From: Octopus bimaculoides
Taxonomy: Eukaryota
NCBI RefSeq assembly: GCF_001194135.2
Contig: NC_068985.1
Location: 28,538,014 to 28,602,013, forward strand
Direction of reading: 5' to 3'
Length of the DNA stretch: 64,000 bases
Program-made: the position numbers and the translations under genes
The notes under the pieces: generated by a model
What the model was told of the DNA's origin: nothing
The model's input: only the letters and a program-made list of their open reading frames with translations
The model's database searches: none
In this document: one piece after another, positions 41,956 through 53,950 of the stretch
Layout of the letters: each line of letters begins with the position of its first letter
How positions within the stretch are numbered: position 1 is the stretch's first letter

Positions 41956-42223
41956 AGTATTTGAATGATAATAAATATGAACAGAATATTGACTGTAGAT
42001 TAAAATGAACATATTATTTAAAATCACTGTTCAGGGGCATATATTCCGGGCGTGCTAGGTGTGCGCTTCACACCCATCGAAAATGGAAAATTCATTATAA
42101 ATATTAACCTTACTCTTTAATTTAATCAGAAGACTTAATGGAAAACTTTTGTTATATCGCTGCTTGACATTTGGAGACATCAGGTGTGGCAGCACACCCA
42201 GTACAACAAGCACAATACGCCAA

Positions 42224-42260
<37 letters not shown>

Positions 42261-42563
42261 NNNNNNNNNNNNNNNNNNNNNNNNNNNNNNNNNNNNNNNN
42301 NNNNNNNNNNNNNNNNNNNNNNNNNNNNNNNNNNNNNNNNNNNNNNNNNNNNNNNNNNNNNNNNNNNNNNNNNNNNNNNNNNNNNNNNNNNNNNNNNNNN
42401 NNNNNNNNNNNNNNNNNNNNNNNNNNNNNNNNNNNNNNNNNNNNNNNNNNNNNNNNNNNNNNNNNNNNNNNNNNNNNNNNNNNNNNNNNNNNNNNNNNNN
42501 NNNNNNNNNNNNNNNNNNNNNNNNNNNNNNNNNNNNNNNNNNNNNNNNNNNNNNNNNNNNNNN

Positions 42564-42623
<60 letters not shown>

Positions 42624-43008
42624 CCTGTTTACGTTTGTGTGTCTATGGCTGTACGTGGTCCTATCTATACAAAGTCGTTTTATACTTAGATACTGACCTT
42701 TCACCATTTCAATTGAGACTGGGCTGTTCTCTATACAATGTCAAGTACCTTTTTTAACGAACTTATCTCTCGATACTTGGAAAGATCTGTTTACAACTTC
42801 ACTTTCTTCTTTGATTACAATGACTAAAGTTCAAGAAAAATAAACAGTTATCTTTTTCTTTTGTCTATCTTTATCAGTTATCAAGACTTGAAGACTTGGT
42901 GTATTAATTAAACAACGATATTCACACACATACCACCTCACTCGATAATTAGTTTATCTAATTAAGATTATGTTTATTCTGAACCTGAATTTTCATTATA
43001 TATAAATG

Positions 43009-43065
<57 letters not shown>

Positions 43066-43237
43066 CTCTCTCTCTGTATATATATATATATATATANNNN
43101 NNNNNNATATATATATATATATATATCAAAAATTTAGATTTAAATGAATATGGTGCTTAAGTTGAGGCACCAGAATTTAGTACGGTATTATCCATATAAT
43201 TTCAAAATAAGGTGATTATTTTGATTCTTATCTGCTT

Positions 43238-43271
<34 letters not shown>

Positions 43272-43421
43272 GAAAAGCATTGATATCTAGAAGACCTAAA
43301 GAGTGTCGGGTAACGCTAAGTAAGTGCTATGGATAGACAGTGTGTAAACTCTTGGTTCGATAATGATACGAGTGAAGAGTCTAATGTGGATCTTGTATTA
43401 GCATGCATATATATTAGACAA

Positions 43422-43621
43422 AATGAGATAACAAATCCAAGGAGTTTTCAGGTCATTTGGGATGAAATAGTCTTACAGCTGTTTCTGGGATATTATGGAT
43501 ATCCCTTTTCTCACACCGTCTCTGATGAGGGGATATCCATAATATCCTAGAAACAGCTGTAAGACTATTTCATTACAAATGTTCTCAAAACTCCTCACAG
43601 CCTTGGAGTAGTTATCTCATT
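43422..43621. repeat. Long inverted repeat carrying a hammerhead in the right arm
   Basis: 43422-43505 is the reverse complement of 43530-43621 with an indel; 24 bp spacer. Confidence 0.85.
43518..43565 (+). ncRNA. Minimal type I hammerhead ribozyme, family 3
   Basis: GUCU-CUGAUGA-G-GGGAUAU(CCAUA)AUAUCCU-A-GAAAC-AGCU-GUA^AGAC; G.A mismatch at base of stem II; palindromic ACAGCUGU stem III. Confidence 0.75.
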
Positions 43622-43985
43622 CTGTCTAACGTGCACACACACACACACACACACACGTATAGTTGTGTGGCAAGAACAAGAGAAACATGGAAAACAAGAC
43701 AAGTAACATAAAAAACGACACTTCATCAGTTGTTGGCTGTCCTTCTACTACTATNNNNNNNNNNNNNNNNNNNNNNNNNNNNNNNNNNNNNNNNNNNNNN
43801 NNNNNNNNNNNNNNNNNNNNNNNNNNNNNNNNNNNNNNNNNNNNNNNNNNNNNNNNNNNNNNNNNNNNNNNNNNNNNNNNNNNNNNNNNNNNNNNNNNNN
43901 NNNNNNNNNNNNNNNNNNNNNNNNNNNNNNNNNNNNNNNNNNNNNNNNNNNNNNNNNNNNNNNNNNNNNNNNNNNNNNNNNNNNN

Positions 43986-44024
<39 letters not shown>

Positions 44025-44049
44025 TATGTGTGTGTTTTACACACACGCG

Positions 44050-44128
<79 letters not shown>

Positions 44129-44843
44129 TCTGCATGGCCTTAACATTATCAATGACCGGTTATTAAAACTCCACTTATGTTGCTCTGTGTTTCTAAACTC
44201 TAGTCGCGAAGCAGTGTGATTTCACAGACGTTTCACCTACAGAACGTAATGTTAATTAGCAAATGAATAACTAAAACTGAAGTTACGTAATCACATTTGT
44301 TCACTTACAAGTGTTTCCGCTACAATGAATCGTAGACACAGAGATGAGTGACAGAATCTTAACTTCTTGTTAACGCTCTGATAAAGCCATTAGATGTCGT
44401 ACCGTCACTTACCTCTAGGTGCATATTGACTGATAGCAGAAAGATCTGTATGCTAATGAATTGGATTATGTAACTACTGTTATATTGCCATTCATTTATT
44501 AATACACACACGGACATATGTGTGTGTATCTATGTCATACATGTGTGTGAGTATATGTATATTTATATCTCTCCTTCTCTGTCCATGTATACGCACATGC
44601 TCATACGTGTGTGTGACTGTGTGTATATACACAAACACACGCTCGTATGTGAGAATTCGATTATGTTGAGTGGATGGAAAACGGACAGGATGAAGTATTA
44701 TATAGAATGTTTCGAATGTTTATTATAATATATTCTTGCTTGTCTTATTCTACGCGCAGCATCTCAAGATTAATAACAAAAAGTATCTAAAAAGATAAGC
44801 CTGAAATCTACTCATGCAAACATACATAGACACATAATACATC

Positions 44844-45273
44844 AGGTGGCAAATATACTTCACGATGTCATGCAGCTACTGTTTATACCTCGCTCAGATA
44901 TTTATTATTGCTTGTTTCCACTTTTTCGAGATCAGTAACTTTTCGTCTCTGGAAAAAGGATATATATATATTTGCATTGAGAACTACTTCCCATCGCCAA
45001 CTGGTGGTTGTCACACGCTGATGATGGGTCAATACCCAGAAACTCGGGTCCGTGTGTATCACGTCAAACTGGAGATGTGTAGGATGGCTTCCCTTTGCAA
45101 ATACTGATAGGGCACAGAAAGTGTGTCAATAGCCAGGTAAAGGAGATGTCTTCATAGGGCTACAAGCTACAGTAGCATCAATCCTTAAGGGTTAGCCACA
45201 GGTAGGTAGCAAATATACTTCATGATGTCGTGCAGCTACTGTTTATATCTCGCTCAGAGATTTATTATTGCTT
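44844..45273 (+). mobile_element. HHR-containing terminally redundant element (retrozyme-like or Penelope pLTR-derived), copy 1
   Basis: 70 bp direct repeats 44844-44913 and 45204-45273 (5 mismatches) define a 360 bp unit; central HHR; homologous to 20950-21484. Confidence 0.85.
45012..45056 (+). ncRNA. Minimal type I hammerhead ribozyme, family 1, intact core
   Basis: CACACG-CUGAUGA-UGGG(UCAAUA)CCCA-GAAAC-UCGG-GUC^CGUGUG; predicted cleavage after 45050. Confidence 0.9.
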
Positions 45274-45402
45274 ATACACACACACAGATATATACAATAC
45301 AAACATGTACAAGCAAGAAAAAGCACGAAAAAACAACAACGCGAGGCCGTGGAATAAGTACAGTGTTATTGGACGTTCAGGAAAGGAAAGAAAAGAAAGA
45401 GG

Positions 45403-45437
45403 ATTTCGCGTTTCGAGCGGAGCTCTTCATCAGAAAT
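45403..45437 (-). ncRNA. Hammerhead family 2, cleavage triplet degenerate
   Basis: AUUU-CUGAUGA-A-GAGC(UCC)GCUC-GAAAC-GCG-AAAU. Confidence 0.6.
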
Positions 45438-45856
45438 ATAGAAAAAGTCCAAAAAAGAGAAGACGGAGAAAGAAAATCGCCAACGATACACACGCGGTCA
45501 CATATTGAAATGACCGGAAGGGAAAGAGTGGAGAAAAAGTTCTTTTCAAAGACAGGAGAGAGATTGAAGGTGTTGGAGGAAGGAGTGGAGGTGAGGCATG
45601 GTGAGAGGGTGTGAGTGTAGGTGTTATAGTTGGCGACAAAAATAGAAAATTGTAAGAAGAAAGAATAAAAGTAGGAGGACGAGAAAAAGTGGAAGAGTCA
45701 CGGGCGGATTATGATGATTTCCAATCAAAATCAGATTGGCGTAATCCGAATGAACAGGAACTGGTATATCCAAAGGAACTGGCATATCCAGGAATTGGTA
45801 TCTCCAAAGTCAGTCAGAAGGCCGGCGTCCGTATGAGCGTGAGGTATATATTCAAT

Positions 45857-45894
<38 letters not shown>

Positions 45895-47088
45895 TATGTT
45901 TACTTTATACGGCCTGACAAGAGATTAAAGAACAAGACTACCACCACTGCTACCAACAAACAGATATTTCCAAAATATAACACAATAAATTTGCACAAAA
46001 AAATTACAGAATTTCACATGTTGCGTCTCTAACATTAGACTGTCATTTGTCCTCAATACTGTAGCAAAACTAACGCATCTTACATGACTGATGGAACATA
46101 TAGCAAAGATATCCAAATGTCCCTAGAGAACTTGTCAAGCCTATATGACAAAACAGAGTATTCGTAGTTCACATATACAAGCTTGTGTGTCTATCAATAG
46201 ATTCCTTAAGAGATTTGCGTTGATTGGTGGCGACATCATCATTGATTGCAGAGACGCTTTGTAATCGTTTTTATGCTGATTGTGGTGCTGGATGTAGTGT
46301 TAGTAGAAATGATTGTTATCATGACGATTGCCATGGATGTAGTTGAGATGCGATAATAGTACATTAGTGTGTGTAAGTGTGTGTGTATGTGTGTACGTGT
46401 AAGGCTTATTTTGACCTGAAATCGAAACCTCATCGTAACCATAGCCAGCTTCGAGGTAAGTTTATATCTTGCTGAACACCATTTCAGCATATCAAACCAG
46501 TTTAAACATTCCTAGCAGTTTAGCTTTGAACTTTGCTGAAATTAAAAGAATAGATGAATCTGTTTAACATTAGAAAAATATAAGAAAATAAAACTTAAAA
46601 CAGTTACCTTAATCGATAATCAATCAATTTTTAGTGTATTATAGCGTTTAATTCTTTCTGATAGTTGTTTTGGTCATCTAGATTTTATTCGTGTTATTTG
46701 GCTTGAAATTCGTGACCCTAATTAAATTGATGTATAGAGGCTGGCTTTTTATGTAGCTTCACATTAAATGTATATAAATGTCTCAATTGGACAATAGCGT
46801 GAGTTAGTGAACCGTGTTGTACACATATTCAGTAAAGACAACTGAGGTTTTAATTAAGAAGTAAAGAAATCAAGTTTCTACATGAAAAGTCGAGAATCAA
46901 GAAGACAGTGTTGTTATTTCGACGTAGTCTTTTCCATTAAATTACTTTCCATTGACACAGACAATATGTAAGTATTGTGAGGAGGAGGCTTTATGTAAGT
47001 ATCATTCACCTCGTTAGAATGATCTGTAAATATTAACACGAGCTTAGAACTGAATAACTATAACTATTGAAGAATACCTACATACATA

Positions 47089-47130
<42 letters not shown>

Positions 47131-47240
47131 TAGTTATCGCCAAGCCAACATGGCAGTCCCAAAATTAGGACGAAAGCTGCCGTGAATTAGCTCCAAGAAG
47201 CCATCGCCTCTAGCTAGCTATGTGACACACGAAACCTGTG
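47131..47240 (-). repeat. Fragment of a diverged family 1 unit, remainder in gap
   Basis: tagctccaagaagccatcgcctctagctagctatgtgacacac aligns to tagccccaggaggacatctcctccagctggcttatcgacacac at 21059-21102. Confidence 0.6.
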
Positions 47241-47789
47241 NNNNNNNNNNNNNNNNNNNNNNNNNNNNNNNNNNNNNNNNNNNNNNNNNNNNNNNNNNNN
47301 NNNNNNNNNNNNNNNNNNNNNNNNNNNNNNNNNNNNNNNNNNNNNNNNNNNNNNNNNNNNNNNNNNNNNNNNNNNNNNNNNNNNNNNNNNNNNNNNNNNN
47401 NNNNNNNNNNNNNNNNNNNNNNNNNNNNNNNNNNNNNNNNNNNNNNNNNNNNNNNNNNNNNNNNNNNNNNNNNNNNNNNNNNNNNNNNNNNNNNNNNNNN
47501 NNNNNNNNNNNNNNNNNNNNNNNNNNNNNNNNNNNNNNNNNNNNNNNNNNNNNNNNNNNNNNNNNNNNNNNNNNNNNNNNNNNNNNNNNNNNNNNNNNNN
47601 NNNNNNNNNNNNNNNNNNNNNNNNNNNNNNNNNNNNNNNNNNNNNNNNNNNNNNNNNNNNNNNNNNNNNNNNNNNNNNNNNNNNNNNNNNNNNNNNNNNN
47701 NNNNNTATATATATATATATATATATGCCCAGATTCTAATGAATCTTATAACTAATCCATATACATATGCGTATGTGTGTGTGTACAAT

Positions 47790-47831
<42 letters not shown>

Positions 47832-48019
47832 CGCGCGTGTGTGTGTGTGTGTGTATACTTCAGGTTTGAGGCTCTGATGAAACTGTACTGGATTACTCGG
47901 GCGTTGAACTAGGAGTTTCCCTCCATCTTATAGTAGAGGAAACAGCTGTAAGTTAATGAACATCATGAGATAATCGTTTAATCCCTTTGTCATCTCTGTC
48001 CTATAACTTATATTCTTTT

Positions 48020-49005
48020 ATTCGTTTGTTTCAGTTTTTTCACTGCGGCCAAGCTAAAGCACCGCTTTGAAGGGGTTTTAGTTGGAAAAAAAATCGATCC
48101 CAGAACTTAATTCTTAAGCATAGTACTTATTTTATCGGATCCTTTCTGTCGAACGGCTTATTTACGGGTACGTAATCACACAAACACTGGTTGTCAAGCT
48201 GTGGTTTGGAGGACAAACACAGACACAGAAACGCATACACACACACATATATACACACACACAAATACATACATACATACATACATACATACATACATAC
48301 ACATATATATATATATATATATATAAACAATATATGAGTATATGCATATATATATGTACACGTATGTACATACCTTCATCTACATGTACATATAGATGCA
48401 TATGTGGGTACATGATGTTGCAAAAAAACATAGACAAAAGGATAAACAAGGTACAAAAAACATGCAGGCCATATAGAGAACATATCCTTCATCAGCTGCC
48501 ACCATTAAAACACTGGCGTTTCGAAGAGTTAAGGCAGGACGCATCGTTAAAATAGCTCTTCCCACGAACACAAATTAAATTTGTTCCATGGAGGATAGTG
48601 GCGGACGGAAAACAAGACAGAAAAACGAAACGGTGCAATAAACAAACAAAAAGGCTGTACAGCCAGATGTGGAGAAGTATGTGTATATTGAACGCTGTGA
48701 AGCACGAACTGGAGAGGCGAAGATGTGCCTGCGAAGCTTAGGGAGTCCAAGACCGAAAAGAAATAGCGACTGGACACATGTGACCAGCGAGGGGAAGGGA
48801 GAAAGAGTCGCAGAGCGAGAAGGGGAAGAAGTAGAATATACACACACACACGATAGATCTCTTTCAGTTTCCGTCTCCTAAATCCACTCACACGGCTTTA
48901 GTCGACCTAAGGCTATAGTAGAAGACAGTTGCTCAATGTGCCACGTGGTGGGATAGAACTCGGAATCACGTTGTTACAAAGCAAGCTTCTTACCACACTG
49001 CCGTG
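48020..49005 (-). mobile_element. SINE family A split by ~500 bp insertion in its central microsatellite
   Basis: Tail 48020-48230, head 48855-49005, insert 48340-48845. Confidence 0.75.
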
Positions 49006-49039
49006 CGTGTCTTTTGGCTTGCGTTTTTACCCACACTGC

Positions 49040-49216
49040 TTAACAGCCAGTGTTGCTTTGTTTACATCCCTGCAATCTAGCAGCTTGGCAAGTGAGACTG
49101 ATGAAATAGGTACCAGGGCTTTTAAAAGAACGTAAGTACTGGAGTCGATTTTCTCGGCTTAACCTTTCAGGGTGGTGCCACAGCATGGCCACAGTACAAT
49201 ACCTGAAAAAGTAAAA
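49040..49216 (+). mobile_element. Diverged SINE family A-type 3' half
   Basis: gtttacatccc...gtactggagtcgat...ggtgccacagcatggccacagt...aaagtaaaa. Confidence 0.6.
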
Positions 49217-49222
49217 CACACA

Positions 49223-49587
49223 CACTCCGTCGCTTACGACGTCGAGAGTTCCAGTTGATCCGATCAACGGAACAGCCTGCTCGTGAAATTAACGTGCAAG
49301 TGGCTGAGCACTCCACAGACACGTGTACCCTCAACGTAGATCTCGGGGATATTCAGCGTGACACAGTGTGACAAGGCTGAACCTTTGAATTACAGGTACA
49401 ACAGAAACAGGAAGAAAGAGTGAGAGAAAGTTGTGGTGAAAGAGTACAGCAGGGTTCGTCACCATCCCCTGCCGGAGCCTCGTGGAGCTTTAGGTGTTTT
49501 CGCTCAATAAACACTCACAATGCCCGAAACCGTGATCCTATGACCGCGAGTCCGCTGCCCTAACCACTGGGCCATTGCGCCTCCACC
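49223..49587 (-). mobile_element. tRNA-derived SINE family D
   Basis: Minus strand ggtggaggcgcaaTGGCCCAGTGGttagggcagcggactcgcggtc; B box partly deleted; distinct body. Confidence 0.7.
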
Positions 49588-49616
49588 TAAACACACACAC
49601 ACACAAATCCTCCTAA

Positions 49617-49647
<31 letters not shown>

Positions 49648-49877
49648 CATTTGTATAGAAATGAGTTTGCAACTATACTGCTGAGTAAACATATGTCGAT
49701 CTAGCAAAATGGATGTGTAAACATTTGCAACCGATAGTGAAAATGACTGAAATAAAATACTATTTTACCGAAGTGTATTTTGTATGTCAGTATTGACTAT
49801 GATAGATTATATATATAATGGGATGGCTGAGCGTACGTATGTGCTGGTGTGCGTGTGTGCATATGCGAACGCACAAA

Positions 49878-49918
<41 letters not shown>

Positions 49919-50008
49919 GGGAGAGTGCAAGAAGGAAGTAAGAGATGAATATGTAGAGAGAGAGAGAGAGAGAGAGAGACAGCGGGCGGGAGAGAGAGTA
50001 TGAGAGAA

Positions 50009-50049
<41 letters not shown>

Positions 50050-50206
50050 CGGCGGGCGAGAAAGAGAGAGAGTGACTGAGAAATTTTCATCGATCCAAAC
50101 GTATACCTTTATCACATAATGAAAATTAGCTGCGCGGAGGTGTGTAAACGAAATATATAGTTTAGCATCACACAAACACACATGCACGCACAAAGACACA
50201 GACACA

Positions 50207-50242
<36 letters not shown>

Positions 50243-50833
50243 GAGACACACACGCACAGACACACGTACACATACACACACAAACACATAGACGCACACA
50301 CAGATGCATACACATATACTGATATACATGCGTATGCATATATATATATATACATATATANNNNNNNNNNNNNNNNNNNNNNNNNNNNNNNNNNNNNNNN
50401 NNNNNNNNNNNNNNNNNNNNNNNNNNNNNNNNNNNNNNNNNNNNNNNNNNNNNNNNNNNNNNNNNNNNNNNNNNNNNNNNNNNNNNNNNNNNNNNNNNNN
50501 NNNNNNNNNNNNNNNNNNNNNNNNNNNNNNNNNNNNNNNNNNNNNNNNNNNNNNNNNNNNNNNNNNNNNNNNNNNNNNNNNNNNNNNNNNNNNNNNNNNN
50601 NNNNNNNNNNNNNNNNNNNNNNNNNNNNNNNNNNNNNNNNNNNNNNNNNNNNNNNNNNNNNNNNNNNNNNNNNNNNNNNNNNNNNNNNNNNNNNNNNNNN
50701 NNNNNNNNNNNNNNNNNNNNNNNNNNNNNNNNNNNNNNNNNNNNNNNNNNNNNNNNNNNNNNNNNNACAGAGACAGACAGACAGAGACAGACAGACAGAG
50801 ACAGACAGACAGAGACAGACAGACAGGCATTCG

Positions 50834-50887
<54 letters not shown>

Positions 50888-51610
50888 CGGGAGAGAGAGA
50901 GAGGAATGGAGAGAGAGAGAGAGAGAGAAAGACTGATTGACTGGTAGAAACAGCGATAGAATGATAAACATACATACACACACATATACATATATATGCA
51001 GATATATCTGCGCGCCAGCGTGTGTCTGTGTCTCTATTTACGTACATGTATGTGAAATGCGTTAAAGTTTGCGCCATGACTACGACAGGCGATTACTTGG
51101 TAACGTTGTTTAATTTAAATCTATATAAACATATAGGTAACGGATTATTGACTCTAATATAATACAAGTCCTGCCTTCTCCGATCTCATCGTCGGCAATG
51201 TGTATAATCTGGGTTTGATATTTTGTGTATGTAAAAGTGTGATGCCATGAGAGTAAGAGCATGTGTACCTGAATGGCTATTGAAGATGTTGCATGGCGGA
51301 ACCATGTTTATTAGTAAATATCTCCATTAGTTTGAAAGTAAATTGCAGGCTATTGTTCGTCACTCAAGGTCATTTCTTGGTCGGATTCAATGGTGATCTA
51401 ACTACTTGAAAAGCGGTCTCTCATTCTCTCTCTCTAACTCCCTGTCTCTCTCTCTCTCTATCTTTCTCTCTCTATCTCTTTCTCTCTCCCTCAATTTCTC
51501 TCTCTCTCCATTTTTCTCTCTTCTCTTTCCACTTTCGCTTTTTATTTCTCTCTCTATTCTCCCTCTCTCGCTCTCTCTCTTTCTCTCTCTCTATTATATA
51601 TATATATATG

Positions 51611-51645
<35 letters not shown>

Positions 51646-51953
51646 NNNNNNNNNNNNNNNNNNNNNNNNNNNNNNNNNNNNNNNNNNNNNNNNNNNNNNN
51701 NNNNNNNNNNNNNNNNNNNNNNNNNNNNNNNNNNNNNNNNNNNNNNNNNNNNNNNNNNNNNNNNNNNNNNNNNNNNNNNNNNNNNNNNNNNNNNNNNNNN
51801 NNNNNNNNNNNNNNNNNNNNNNNNNNNNNNNNNNNNNNNNNNNNNNNNNNNNNNNNNNNNNNNNNNNNNNNNNNNNNNNNNNNNNNNNNNNNNNNNNNNN
51901 NNNNNNNNNNNNNNNNNNNNNNNNNNNNNNNNNNNNNNNNNNNNNNNNNATAC

Positions 51954-51985
<32 letters not shown>

Positions 51986-51996
51986 GTATACATAAT

Positions 51997-52117
<121 letters not shown>

Positions 52118-52695
52118 GAGACAGAGAGAGAGAGACAGAGAGACAGAGACAGAGAGTGAGAGAGAGAAAGAAATACGTGCATACGTCCACATGTACATAT
52201 GTGTATATATGTATACGTGTATATATGTGTATATGTATATGTGTGAGTAGTGTGTGTCTTTAAGTGTGTATGTATCTGTCTACGTATGCGCTTATGTTCC
52301 TGCGCCTGAGTGTAAAGTAATCTTGAGGAAGATAGAGAAAATCTTGAGGGACTTTAATGATTTGATGCGATTCTGTTTAATGCTTATTCGCGTATGTTCA
52401 GCAAAATTCTGCTAACTTTCATTCTGTTTCCGTGATAATCACATTAGATGAGACAAACCAATTGAGTAATACCCTGGAGCATTCCATTTTTCCTATTTCT
52501 ATCTATTTCTCCCACAGTACATACATATACACATACATACACAAAGACCCTCACACACACACACAGGAACACAAGAAAACGTTAATATAAAAGAGATGGG
52601 GGTGGAGAAGGAGGAGGATAGAGAAATATGGAAAGTGTGAGAAAATGAGATTGTAATATAAATGTGTGTCCCTATATATTTATACATACCTATAA

Positions 52696-52732
<37 letters not shown>

Positions 52733-52756
52733 TGTAACACACTCTCTGTCTTTCGC

Positions 52757-52839
<83 letters not shown>

Positions 52840-52989
52840 TAATGTTCCTGTATTTACAACTTTCCATAAGTAATAAATGAACTTTGTCCATTCAAGTTAC
52901 GCCGTTTTACTGAAATATTTCGAATATTTGTCGATGATGTTTTATAATTTTTTTTTTATCCATTCTTCTGGAGGCGGCTGGAATACGTT

Positions 52990-53205
52990 TATTTCAAATA
53001 TTTGTCAGATGCGAGCTGGGAGAATCGTTAACGCGCTGGACAAAGCGCTTAGTGCCATTCTTTCCGTTTTAAATTATAAGTTCAAATGTCGCTGAAGTCG
53101 ACTTTGCCTTTCATCTTTTCGTGGTTAACATAATATATTCTAACTGAGCACTGGAGGTCCATGTAATCGACTAACCATCCCCACAAAATTTCACACTATC
53201 GCATA
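52990..53205 (+). mobile_element. SINE family B, decayed
   Basis: gcgagctgggagaatcgttaacgcgctgg...gttcaaat...gtcgactttgcctttcatc. Confidence 0.75.
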
Positions 53206-53354
53206 CAGTAGAAAGGAAATTATTACTTTTAGTATTGTCGTTATTATTATTACTAACTGGACCCTGAAAAATTCAAGGAAAATACTAAAAATTTAAGCAT
53301 TTGTAAATTGTGTGCTGGTGCCATGAGAAATGTTTCTATATTGCGACAGTTAAA

Positions 53355-53580
53355 GGCGGCGAGCTTGCAGAATCGTTAGCACGCCGGGTGAAACGCTTAG
53401 CAGTATTTTGTTTGTCTTTACGTTCTGAGTTCAAATTCTGCCGCGGTCGACTTTGTTTTTATCCTTTCGGGGTCGATAAATTAAGTACCAATTGGGTACT
53501 GGGGTCGATTTAACCGATTTACACCCCCTCCCCTCCAAAAATATTCTAAGACTTGTACATATAGTAGAAAAGTATATTGC
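53355..53580 (+). mobile_element. SINE family B
   Basis: ggcggcgagcttgcagaatcgttagcacgccggg...ggggtcgataaattaagtacc. Confidence 0.85.
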
Positions 53581-53754
53581 GACAGTTACAGAATACAAAA
53601 AGAAGTGAAAAACCGATAACTATGTAATCCAACCAAAATATCCCAGTTACGCAAACGTAAACAGAATTACTATTTAACCTTGAAATACATCGTACATATT
53701 CAAAGGACCTTCTTGGTTTAGTGGTATGGAACGTTCTTCTAGTATTCTTTCACT

Positions 53755-53950
53755 TGTTTCAGTTATTTGACGGTGGCCATACTGGAGCACCACCCTTTAG
53801 GTGAAGAAATCGACCCCCTGGACTTATTCCCTGTAAGCCTGGTGCCTACTCTATCAGTCTCTTCTGCTGAACAGCTAAGTTACAGGGACGCGTACACAAC
53901 ATCGGTTGTCAAGCAATGGTGGTGGTGGGAACAAACTCAGACACATTCAT
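53755..53950 (-). mobile_element. SINE family A, 3' half
   Basis: tttcagttatttgacggtggccatactggagcacc...catcggttgtcaagcaatgg. Confidence 0.8.

Noticed and set aside
48485-48530. Type II hammerhead (GAAAC before CUGAUGA)
   Set aside because: No stem I hairpin between the putative cleavage site and CUGAUGA
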